Source: Schmidtea polychroa
Lineage: Eukaryota
Assembly (NCBI GenBank): GCA_044892525.1
Contig: CM097887.1
Span: 1,240,001-1,304,000, forward strand
DNA length: 64,000 nucleotides
Direction of reading: 5' to 3'
Shown here: positions 41,731-52,227 of the stretch, piece by piece
Numbering within the stretch: the first letter of the stretch is position 1
How the letters are laid out: the number at the start of each line of letters is the position of its first letter
Translations under genes and position numbers: made by a program
The notes under the pieces: generated by a model
What the model saw: the letters and a program-made list of their open reading frames with translations, nothing else
Told to the model about the DNA's origin: nothing
Database searches by the model: none

Positions 41731-41746
41731 TATCTCCCCCCTTTAA
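41731..41746 (-). other. Polypurine tract
   Basis: Minus strand AAAGGGGGGAGATA immediately before the 3' LTR TGTTGGGG. Confidence 0.85.
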
Positions 41747-43174
41747 TTTAGATTCGACCTCGAATCTGCATATAATAAGTCTAATTTACCATACAGTAAT
41801 AACAATAATAATAATAGTAATAAAAATGGATTGCTATCTACCTATTTTAGCTATTGCCTTTGCCAATGATTTTAAATCTGAGATATTTTATTTTAAAATT
41901 TCCTTATTCGACTCCCCCCCATCATCCTCACACTACTTAATATAAATAATACTGTTAATACTAATAACAATAATAACGACGATAATAATACTACCGATAA
42001 TAATAATAACAATAATAATTCCTACCGATAACAATAGTAAAGATAATAACAATAATAACAATAATAATAATAACAATAACAATAATAACAATAATAACAA
42101 TAATTATTATACTTAATTATTATATATAATTATTATATTATGATTTTTTTTTTGAATAATAATGATAATAATAATACTGCTAATAATTCCTAATGNNNNN
42201 NNNNNNNNNNNNNNNNNNNNNNNNNNNNNNNNNNNNNNNNNNNNNNNNNNNNNNNNNNNNNNNNNNNNNNNNNNNNNNNNNNNNNNNNNNNNNNNNNNNN
42301 NNNNNNNNNNNNNNNNNNNNNNNNNNNNNNNNNNNNNNNNNNNNNNNNNNNNNNNNNNNNNNNNNNNNNNNNNNNNNNNNNNNNNNNNNNNNNNNNNNNN
42401 NNNNNNNNNNNNNNNNNNTCCTAGATTGGAAAACTAATTTAATTTTCCTGATAATAATAATAATACTAATAATAATTAATAATGATGATGATAATAATTG
42501 TAATCGATAATATTACTTTATTGATTTTTTTAGATTATAGAAACTTTTATTTATTGAAAACAGGTGTATTGTTTTTCAAAAAACTATTTAATGCATAGTA
42601 AAGTTATTTGAAATTAATTACAATTTTACTCATTCCCTTACCTAAGCATATTCAAAAGTCAATAAAACAGTTAAAATTAAATTCTTGTAATATCAGTAAA
42701 TTTGTTTTTATATTTTTCCAACAAGAATAAAGTTGTAAATAAATTTTTTGAAAATAATATTTCGTTTTAATCTTTCATCTATTTATTTATCTTCAAATCA
42801 TTTACAAGAGATGAGTATTACCTCGAGCAATTTCAATTGAAATTTCTTGAAAAAATAAACTTATTTTTAGAATCGATTGTTAAATTTTATTATTATTTAC
42901 AAAATATATAAATTAAAAATATGAATTTTACAATAAATCTAATTTTCAAAAATTTTTTTTTTCCAATCCACATTCTCAGAGAAATTTCAATAACCGACAT
43001 AATTGAATTCTCTTTTAGAACAAGGATAATTGACGGCGAAACTTCAATGAGTTTCCCCAAATTGCCTCTCAGATAGCCAATGATTTTAATGCATTAAATG
43101 GCTTCTGATTGGCTGCTTTTTCTTCCATTAATAGGTAAGAAATTTTATTTTTTCTTCATATTTTTTTAATTCAG

Positions 43175-43747
43175 GAACAAAATGAGAAAAAGATTATTAC
43201 TGGAAATCAATGTTCTGGGGGTGCATTCAATTCTAATACGTTTAACAAATTATGCTACTTCTCTGAGAAGCACCCAAAAATTACTTTGGAATCAACTAAG
43301 AAAACACGGCGAATTATGTGACGTAGCCTTGATTGTTGGTCAAAAAAAATCTTAGCCCATAGAATTGTGTTATCTGCATGTAGTCCTTATTTTAAAGCTA
43401 TGTTTACTGGCGAATTATCTGAATCACTACAAAATGAAGTAATTAAATATTTGGTTATCTTTATCAAACGATATTAGGTAACATTAAGGGATATCGATGA
43501 AAGTGCTGTTGAAACATTGGTAGAATTTTGTTATACATCTCAAATTGTTATTGAAGAGTGGAATGTACAGTGTTTACTACCAGCTGCTTGTTTATTACAA
43601 TTATCAGAAATTCAAGATGTTTGTTGTGAATTTTTAAAACAGCAGCTTGGTCCATCTAATTGCTTAGGTATCCGAGCTTTTGCTGATACTCATGCTTGTA
43701 ATGACTTATTAACGATTGCTGATAAATTTACACACCATAATTTTCAA
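43175..43747 (+). pseudogene. KLHL20: KLHL20/Diablo-like BTB-BACK 5' fragment, frameshifted and truncated, introns retained, inside the LTR element
   Basis: YFSEKHPKITLE / [20 protein letters not shown] / [26 protein letters not shown]-[38-nt intron 43439-43477 region]-VTLRDIDE...[42 protein letters not shown]...HHNFQ. Two frameshifts; no kelch repeats follow. Confidence 0.85.
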
Positions 43748-45093
43748 GTACACTTTATTTATTATTACCTCAAGATCGTCCTCTTATGCAGGTGGATAAA
43801 TTTTGTGTTAATATAAACTTATATTGATTATTTATTATATTGTGTAAAATAACTTTCAGATTCTTTGATGATTTAACACAATAAATTGAAACATTAATTA
43901 TCGCAATTGTCACTGTATTAACTGGAAATCGAAAATCTATTTCCAACTTAAAATGGTACGCAGAGACATGAATATTGTTGATTTCGAAGCGAATATGAAA
44001 CCATGAAGTATGTAGATATTAGCCCCATAGACCACTATGAGTTATATAGATTCCATTTCTGAATTAGGATGAATTTTGTAGATTTTTAATTGATTTGCAC
44101 TCGAAAATTTGGTGTTTAAATGGTCACAATGAACTCAAAGATCTATTCTCACCACTTCTATGATACAAGATGCTTTCAAGTCATTAACGTATAAATCAAT
44201 CCTAAAAATTATTATATATTTGTATTTAAAATTTCATTGAGATTTTCCAATTTTTTTTTTCACTGTAACTGCAAACTCAGCCTTCAATAAATCAGGGTAA
44301 AATAAGTTGAAAACGAATGCGCATTAAGGAACAAATTAGTGATTGCCTTCTGTTATCGTGGGAAAAGAAGTAAGCGCATTCCAATCTGTAAGAGAAGACT
44401 ACGAAAAATGTGGAAAGATCTCGAATAATAATGATTCCAGATAATGAAAAATTTTTGTTGAGTTTTCTGTTCTGGTTATTGCAAATTTTTCTGCAGACAA
44501 ATTAATTTGACAGAGTTTTTATTTGTTATTAAAAATTTATTATGAAATCCTCTTTCTGGCAGCAGGGATTATAAGAGTTTCCTTTTCAAACTCCAGGAGA
44601 AAGAAAATTTGAATTTATATATTTCTATTTGGATTTTAGGGAGTAAGTTATTTAATCTTTATTAATTTCTATTTTTAATCATTTGAATAAATATTTTTAT
44701 CCAATAAATTAATAATTTTCGTCTATACTCAAATTTTATGCATAGATATAGATAAATAGTTTTGGATAAATATCGATATAGAGACACCGAGATACATAGA
44801 GAAACTTATAAACAAATATAGATTTAGATAAAAATATAGTTCCATTTATTCATAAACGGTTTCAATGGAAAAATCAATGACTACTGACAACTACACACTT
44901 CCAATTGTCGTCCAGGGTAGCCAAACTCCGACAATTGGGAATGTGTATGTTGTTATTGAAAGTTTTATTTATTATTTATACATTTTCCCTTTAATTATTT
45001 GGGATTTAACTGATGAGCTACCAATTAATAAATGAGACAACGCGAGTTCAACATTATTTATTTTTTATAAATATTATATATATATATATTAAT

Positions 45094-46563
45094 TTAGTTC
45101 ATTTTTATTTCCAATTGTTTGGTTCCATACCGATACCGTATTATTGTTTCTTCCCGTTCATAGATTACCCCATCGATGGTTACAGTCTCCCCAACATCAA
45201 TATTTGAAGGGTTTTTTCTTTTTCTCGCTTGTCGACATTCGGGCATTGGACCATACTCAAGTGTTGGGTGTATTCTTACCATCGAGACACTTATCATTAC
45301 TGAAACACATTTTTGTGAAATTTCCAAAAACGATTCGGTGGCCCACTTTAATGGAATTAATGGATTTTCAGTCTCCATCTCCACATTCTCCTCGCTTGTC
45401 AAGTCAATTTGTTCTGCTTCCATTACATCGTCAACCAGAATTTGTGCCACTTTCTCCGCTATTGTAGTTGATGCTGATGGTACCTCTCGAAGTTTTTTAT
45501 ATTCCTCCAACGAATATTTCTTTGATGGTAGGTTTTTGGGCACTGGTATATCATCAATCCATTGATTTTCCACTCGTTGATATACCTTGCGAATGCTCTT
45601 CACATCCTCTAGAGCCGAATGCACACCGATTTGTGTTTCTTCTCCACATATTTCTCTCACTACCGTTTGTAATTTGAACCATTCTCCTTTCCTGGTTACT
45701 CCCATGTTCTGAAGTATTGGTGCTGCTGCTAGATCTCGAATGCCGTACAATTGTTCAATCCATATCCCCAAGTATTGTAATTCTGCATGCAAATCATGGC
45801 CGATCAATATTTTGCCTACTGTCAAGCGTTGTATCTCTTTCATTGCCACATATTGATCACATTGGTTCCTGCTGGCCACTTCTGTAATTCCATGGATCCT
45901 TGAATTAAAATGTCGGATTTTTCCTCTTGGAGTGAGGTACACATCTTTTACTACTTTCCCATAATAATTCATAATTGCTATTGCTAAAGGGACCATTTTC
46001 CCTTGCTCTGATGTGCCATATTCAGCATCAATGAATAATATTCTACTGCGGATTTCTTCTAGATCCATTTCTTTTCTGAGAAACGACATTTTCTTTTTCA
46101 ACATTTCCTTTGAAATTTTCAATAACATTGGGTCTTCTCCTTCAATTAAATGCATCTGTGGTACCTCATCCGCTTCATTCTCAGTTCTGATTTCCACCAC
46201 CAACGTTGTCTCCTCATTCGCTGCTCGTAGTGTTCTCCACATGAAGTCCTTCTGCAGCTTCCACGATGTGAATTTTCGAAGTTACCACCATATTGTATTA
46301 TCGTTCTTCAGCACTTCCACTGTACCTATGATCACGTGTATGTGATATACTTCCTTCCGAGACAACTCAATTTCATCTGTCAATTTCAATTCGGAATTTC
46401 TCCTTATTGTAAGCATTCGTATCTTCATTCTTCTGTCATCTATCCGCAAATAATTTGGAATTTGTAAATTTTCATTGATTTCGTATAATTGTTGGCTGGC
46501 ATGATTTTTTTGCATCTTGAAGTAACTGTCGTAGGTGGATCTTGTCCATTGTACTTGTTCCAT
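45094..46563 (-). CDS. DEDDh 3'-5' exonuclease (ISG20/REX4-like), with one in-frame TAA at 46282-46284
   Basis: ExoI FIDAEY, ExoII LIGHDLHAEL, ExoIII HSALED. ORFs 46282-46563 and 45094-46242 are in the same frame, separated only by TAA plus 13 open codons. Confidence 0.8.
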
Positions 46564-46999
46564 TTTTGCTAAAATAGTTATAATTTAACGTTTGAATTTA
46601 ATTTACTTTTAAAACTAGGGCTGAGATGAAGTATCCAAAGGATACTGTCCCAGCTACTAGCTGTATAAATAATAATAATAATAATAATAATTACCGTTTA
46701 GTTAATTGTTGATATATTTTTTTTTTTGAAAGTTAATGGAGTTTAATGGATTTTACCCTCTTTTAATACCCTTATGAAAATTCCCTTAACCCCGTTTTTC
46801 TCTCCCCCTTAACACAGCGCTAACCAATCAAATTGATTCTTTCCGTTGACATTGAAAAGTGCAGATTCACAAGTAAAATAAAATGAAATATTGATCATAT
46901 CCATAATGAAATAAAATATTAATAATATCCATAAAATATTTATACTATATTACTACTACTACTTTATCAATTTTTTGCATGCAAAGTATTTATGTCTTA

Positions 47000-49900
47000 C
47001 TACACAAATGTTTCTTCATAAACGATCCAAGGTCTCGCAATCTCGGATCGATTCGTAGAAGGTTTGGGTATTGCTCGAAATTCAATTAGCACAATGATAA
47101 TGAGAATAATGAGAGAGATTGTTATAATGAGAGTAGTTATTAATAATGTTACACACACAATTTCACTGTCAGTTTTTAATGACGATATGGTTTCGTTATT
47201 AGTCATTGACTCATTGATGCTAGAAAAGATGATTACGTTGGCAGAGCTAGGGGTTTGGTTGGACTGATTTGATTTGTTTCGATTTCCATACTGCGAGTTA
47301 ATAGATGGAATTTGCACAATTTTATTTTCCACTAAAGTTAATTGCCATAGATTTGAAAATAGATAACGTCTATAGTATTTTATTTTAATGAACACAAATT
47401 TTGACGTCGATATTGGTGAACGTTGACGAAAAGTTAATATTTGAGATTTATTTTTTTCATTTAATATCGATTGAATTTTTCCATAATAATATAAAATAGC
47501 TTTTTGATTGGGCTCCGCTTGTCGGGTAACATTCACTAATTGATTGAGAATATGAAAAGTAACCCGATTTGTTTCATTAACTAATCGTATCATATGTTGA
47601 CTAGAGTGTATTCTGATCCATTGACTATCAATTTCAGTTCCGTTTTCGTATAAAGATTTTTCATAATAGTGAATCAGAATATTATAGTTATGATGTAATT
47701 TTAAATTTGCATACTTTATAAAGGGTTTTCTGCTATTCAATGTATCTATCGCATAATTTTGAAAAACTGCTTTTACTTGTTGGGATTCCTGGGGTTCCCA
47801 ATATATGTCAATTCCATTTACCAGTGGTTCAATTGATACTCGATTATGTAATCTCTTTGTCCATACTGGGGTTGATTTAATGGTATTATTTGGTCTATAA
47901 TTCATATTGAAATTATCTGGTTTCTCTCTAAACTGTTCTCCTACTAGCTCTTTAAAGTTCATAGTTTTTAAGTGCGCTAAATTACACTTATTTGTTTCTA
48001 CATTATAAACAAGAATCGATTCCCCTGTTTGACAATGTGTTTGTTTCATATTACAGAATGGATGAGTTTGTAATTTTCCCGTATCATCATCGAAAGCTCC
48101 TTCGAACTCTCTCAACTCCGTGAGATATTCTTCTAGCACCACTGTTTGCTGAATAATTTTACCGTTCATTTTATATGGTTCACCTTCACAGTCGCCATTT
48201 GCTTTCATAACTCCCTTTACAATTATTGTTTCTCGTATTCTATGGTTCAATTTTGCCTTTAAACGAATTTCTGGACTTATTTTTAATTCTCCTGTTTGAA
48301 ATGCTGCTAGACAGTTTTCTGGAAGCACCTCGACTGGCCTAGGTATCGCATGCATTTTTATGAGTGACGTATGGCTCCATTTACCACAATAAAATACAAA
48401 TGTTGTATGTTTGACAATACACTCTCTCACTTGAGTTCTTCGCAGATCAGACTCCTGATACACATAATATTTTACGTCATTTTCTATTTTTAAACTGCTC
48501 GGATACGCACCTGGGCATTCCGACATATCTACTACCGAATAAACTTTTCCCATTTCAGTTTGGGAACAATCGTACGCAACTAAAGATGATGTCTGTGTAA
48601 TTATTGCACAAAACGTAATCACCATAAACATCGCCCATGGAAATATCATAGTTTTTCTTAGTTCTGGCTTAACTCTTTCATTTACTCGTCTTTGGGGTGG
48701 ACTCATTTCTTGCTTCTCATTTTTCTTTTCTGTTAGAGATGAACACAGTGTTTTCCAACCACCTTTTTCGTTTACCCAGCTCATTAAATATTCGTTTACT
48801 AGCCGGGCAGCGATGTCTATCAAATTTTCTAACTTATCTGACCTTGCGAACGTATGCGTTCCAATTTCTAAAACAACATAAGTTAAAGCTATTATTATAA
48901 CTTCTTTATTAATTTCATTTTTTGCCAAATTTTCAATTACTGATCTCTCGCAAAATGTATTCTCTTCGCCAAATTTCTGCATCACTTCAGGAAGCCTATT
49001 CTTCATCTCTTTAACTATTTCTTTCAGTTCATCATCTACCTCTACTTCTATGTCGAACATTGGATATACTGCTTTAACGAGATGTTTCAACATTTTCTTA
49101 GTTTCGTCGACGTCTTGTTCTAGCCTCACTAAATATTTCTTTATTTCATATAAAGTTCTAACTTTCTTATTTTTGATTTCACCATTTATTTCGCCTTCAG
49201 GTACAAGTGGCTCTCCTTGTACGTCTGGTTCTGTGGACTGATCTTTGTTATCAGGATCTTTTTGCTCATTATCACTAACGATTTCATCAATTTCTTTATT
49301 TCCCTTAACTTTTTCATCTTGTTCCTCTGTGTCAGGCTTGTTAGACTCAATATTTGCTTCTAAACTCACTCCTTTTACTACGACTATATGGTTCACTAAA
49401 TATCCCACTCGTCCATCTCGGATCAAATATCCGTTTTCATCCAGCTCTTGTGGTACACACCCACAATCAAATAGGTATTCATCATCGTCAAGTTCTTCAC
49501 CTTTGTACATTACTATAATAATTCCATCTTTTCCCAGCGTTTCAGCCGCTCTCTTCCGCAATTTTCGGACCTTTGCACACCAATGCTCGTCTACATATTC
49601 CGTTTTGCCATATCCCTCATAATCTAATGCTATCAAAAATGGCTTTAACTCTACTCTTGCCTTTCTGAGCTCCTTGCCCAATCTTTGCAATAAACTTCTT
49701 AATAACTTGGCATATCTGGTTTTCACATGTAAATATGGTCGTATTGCATTCACTATTTTTAGTTTATCGTTTTCCTCCATTTCTAATTTCTCAATAATCT
49801 GTAACTTCTCATTGATTTCATCTTCATCTCCAATATATAACGCATCATTCAATTCCTCTAATATCTCCCTTGAATTCCTTTTGTCTATTATTTTACTGCT

Positions 49901-50371
49901 CATTATTTCATCACTAGTAATTACATTTTCCATTTTTAATTCATTTGTACTCCCTGGTATAAATCCACAATCTACCAAAAATTCGTCATTTTCAAACAAT
50001 CTCTCATTAAATCTCAACTCTATCATGCATCCTTCCTTTTTTTCTTTTAATTTATTCTTTAAATCATTTACACAATCATTTGCCTCACAACGACAACATA
50101 ATACACTTTTATCAATCTCGTTTACTACTTCCACCAAGATGGAATCTAACCCGGTTTTCTCTCTCAAAGCTTTTCCAAATATTTTCATTAATTCTTTAAT
50201 TTCTTCTTTATACTTTGGATTCATATTATAGTAGTTAACGCACAAGCTAATTACACTTTTTATCTTTCTCATACTCAAAGATATTTGACTTAATTCTCTC
50301 AACGATTTGATCACTTTAGCCGACTCTATTTCATTATTTCCAATTAGTTTTTCGATTCTGGTCATTATCAT
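47000..50371 (-). CDS. 1123-aa polyprotein: 2x(helical + ubiquitin-like), Bcl-2-like domain, internal signal/anchor, chuvirus/gB-like env ectodomain, TM, short tail
   Basis: Ubl-like NDCVNDLKNKLKEK..LRFNERLFENDEFLVDCG and KVRKLRKRAAETLG..MYKGEELDDDEYLFDCG; BH2-like LMSWVNEKGGWKTL; hydrophobic IFPWAMFMVITFCAIITQ; env motifs VAYDC, YQE, YCGKWSHTS, GDCEG; TM aa 1071-1096. The ORF is well supported; domain labels are by-eye. Confidence 0.8.
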   Translation of the reverse strand: MIMTRIEKLIGNNEIESAKVIKSLRELSQISLSMRKIKSVISLCVNYYNMNPKYKEEIKELMKIFGKALREKTGLDSILVEVVNEIDKSVLCCRCEANDCVNDLKNKLKEKKEGCMIELRFNERLFENDEFLVDCGFIPGSTNELKMENVITSDEIMSSKIIDKRNSREILEELNDALYIGDEDEINEKLQIIEKLEMEENDKLKIVNAIRPYLHVKTRYAKLLRSLLQRLGKELRKARVELKPFLIALDYEGYGKTEYVDEHWCAKVRKLRKRAAETLGKDGIIIVMYKGEELDDDEYLFDCGCVPQELDENGYLIRDGRVGYLVNHIVVVKGVSLEANIESNKPDTEEQDEKVKGNKEIDEIVSDNEQKDPDNKDQSTEPDVQGEPLVPEGEINGEIKNKKVRTLYEIKKYLVRLEQDVDETKKMLKHLVKAVYPMFDIEVEVDDELKEIVKEMKNRLPEVMQKFGEENTFCERSVIENLAKNEINKEVIIIALTYVVLEIGTHTFARSDKLENLIDIAARLVNEYLMSWVNEKGGWKTLCSSLTEKKNEKQEMSPPQRRVNERVKPELRKTMIFPWAMFMVITFCAIITQTSSLVAYDCSQTEMGKVYSVVDMSECPGAYPSSLKIENDVKYYVYQESDLRRTQVRECIVKHTTFVFYCGKWSHTSLIKMHAIPRPVEVLPENCLAAFQTGELKISPEIRLKAKLNHRIRETIIVKGVMKANGDCEGEPYKMNGKIIQQTVVLEEYLTELREFEGAFDDDTGKLQTHPFCNMKQTHCQTGESILVYNVETNKCNLAHLKTMNFKELVGEQFREKPDNFNMNYRPNNTIKSTPVWTKRLHNRVSIEPLVNGIDIYWEPQESQQVKAVFQNYAIDTLNSRKPFIKYANLKLHHNYNILIHYYEKSLYENGTEIDSQWIRIHSSQHMIRLVNETNRVTFHILNQLVNVTRQAEPNQKAILYYYGKIQSILNEKNKSQILTFRQRSPISTSKFVFIKIKYYRRYLFSNLWQLTLVENKIVQIPSINSQYGNRNKSNQSNQTPSSANVIIFSSINESMTNNETISSLKTDSEIVCVTLLITTLIITISLIILIIIVLIEFRAIPKPSTNRSEIARPWIVYEETFV

Positions 50372-51855
50372 TGTTGTTTTTCACTTTCTAAATCATCTTT
50401 TATAACTCTCCTTTTCGACTCTTTTTCATTCAATTCCTCTTGCGACTCATACATCATGTGATTATTGTAGTCCTCTTCTGATTCAAACTTTGACATCAAT
50501 CGATCCAAACGTCGACCCATTTCTCTCACTTCGCTTTCAATTCTTTCATTAAAATTATCTGGCTGAATAAAAGCTACATTATCCATCTGCGGTTTGTCAC
50601 TCTGAAACCTAATCGATTTCTTTAATATGGGCCTTTGGAATTTATCCATATTTCTTGGACATGATCTAGCCATGTGTCCATAACTTCTGCATGAATGACA
50701 TTGAATTTGTCCTTGTAGATTTACTTTATCTCTCTGCGGTGATGGTGATGTTGATGTTGATCTTGACCTGGCAAAACAATTTCGTGACACATGCCCTTTT
50801 CTTCCGCAATTAAAGCATTGCAAGTTATCATTAGTTCTCTGCTCATTAATGTTCGCTTTAGTGAAACTTTTCGCACCATTTCCTTTTAACCAATCAGGCC
50901 ACATTTGCCTTGGACTCCGTTGTACATTATTTTTGGACCAGCATTGATTGCTGTCATGTCCCATTCTTTGGCAATTATCACACTGAATCGGAATTGGGCT
51001 TCTCTGTATTCTATTTTTAAACCAGCATTGGTTAACATGGTGTCCAATCCTTTGGCAATGACTACATTGGATGGGACCTTCCTTTCCATCTATTTGAATA
51101 TCTGTTGACTTGTTCGACTCAAATTTGGATCTAAATTTTGGTGATGGACTACTTGTTTGTTGAAAACGATTGTTTCTTATTGGGGTTACTGATCTTTCGC
51201 TTGCGCCTGAGATGACTGCAAACGACTGTGATTTTGACTGTGTGCTTTTTAAATTTAGCTCAATTTTCATTGCCTTTTTGATCAATTCATCAAAGTCATT
51301 AAAATCAACATAACACAAAGCCTTTTTAATTTCTTTCTTTACTCCTGACAAGAATTGATCCTGCAATAATTCTCTTACCTGCTTTGCCATCTCGGCCTGT
51401 TCTGGTTTCACTTCGAACGCTTTCTCTGCAAGAGTTGATAAATGATAAGCAAACTCACTTACCGATTCCTCTGGCTTTTGTACGCGGTTATAGAATTTCT
51501 GTCGCATTATCCGTTTGATATCCTCTCCGATTAATTTCGTGGCTAACGCGTCTTTCAACTTGGTCCAGTCATTTGCTACTATTCTTTTATCAATTTGTTG
51601 CCACGCTTCTCTGGCTGCTCCTTTTAGGTATAGCGGTAATCTTTGCACCATTATCGATTGGCTCCATCCATAGGCCGTCGCATACATATAGTAATCTGCC
51701 ATAAAATCGACAAATTCCAGCGGATCACCACCGTACTGATCCACAGGTAGTTTTTGACAACTCGCATAATCATTGCCTTCCTTGCCGTTGCCCACCGTGG
51801 ACACAGGTGTTTCATCATTGTTATTTGTATTATTGGTTAGTCTTTGGGTACTCAT
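50368..51855 (-). CDS. gag: Gag (retrotransposon capsid + four CCHC zinc knuckles)
   Basis: YGGDPLEF..F..Y..Y..AYGWS...RLPLYLKGAAREAW, RVQKPEESVSEFAYHL, LLQDQFLSG; four CX2CX4HX4C motifs. First ATG at 51855 (the ORF track starts at an upstream TTG). Confidence 0.9.
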   Translation of the reverse strand: MSTQRLTNNTNNNDETPVSTVGNGKEGNDYASCQKLPVDQYGGDPLEFVDFMADYYMYATAYGWSQSIMVQRLPLYLKGAAREAWQQIDKRIVANDWTKLKDALATKLIGEDIKRIMRQKFYNRVQKPEESVSEFAYHLSTLAEKAFEVKPEQAEMAKQVRELLQDQFLSGVKKEIKKALCYVDFNDFDELIKKAMKIELNLKSTQSKSQSFAVISGASERSVTPIRNNRFQQTSSPSPKFRSKFESNKSTDIQIDGKEGPIQCSHCQRIGHHVNQCWFKNRIQRSPIPIQCDNCQRMGHDSNQCWSKNNVQRSPRQMWPDWLKGNGAKSFTKANINEQRTNDNLQCFNCGRKGHVSRNCFARSRSTSTSPSPQRDKVNLQGQIQCHSCRSYGHMARSCPRNMDKFQRPILKKSIRFQSDKPQMDNVAFIQPDNFNERIESEVREMGRRLDRLMSKFESEEDYNNHMMYESQEELNEKESKRRVIKDDLESEKQQ

Positions 51856-52227
51856 TAAATTCTCTATTAGTGTTTGGCTTCTCAATTTATAAAATGATCA
51901 GGTCAACACAGGCTTTACTCGTCTAAGATTCAAAGTGTTACAATTACAAAATTTACCTTTCGTTTTAATTTTGACTTTTCAACAATCAATCGTTACAAAT
52001 TTTTCCACTTTGCTTCAATTATAAAATCACCACTTTAATAATTCTCAAATAAATGTTCACCACTTTCAAATAAACGTTTCACTTCAATATTTATTTATTT
52101 AATTATTATTATCTTTTTCCAAATTTTTCCGATACTTTACTAATCTCAACAAATTTTCACCGATCTTTTTATTCTTCGGTATCACTCAAATATTATCACA
52201 ATTTCAACAAATCTTCACCGACTTTTG

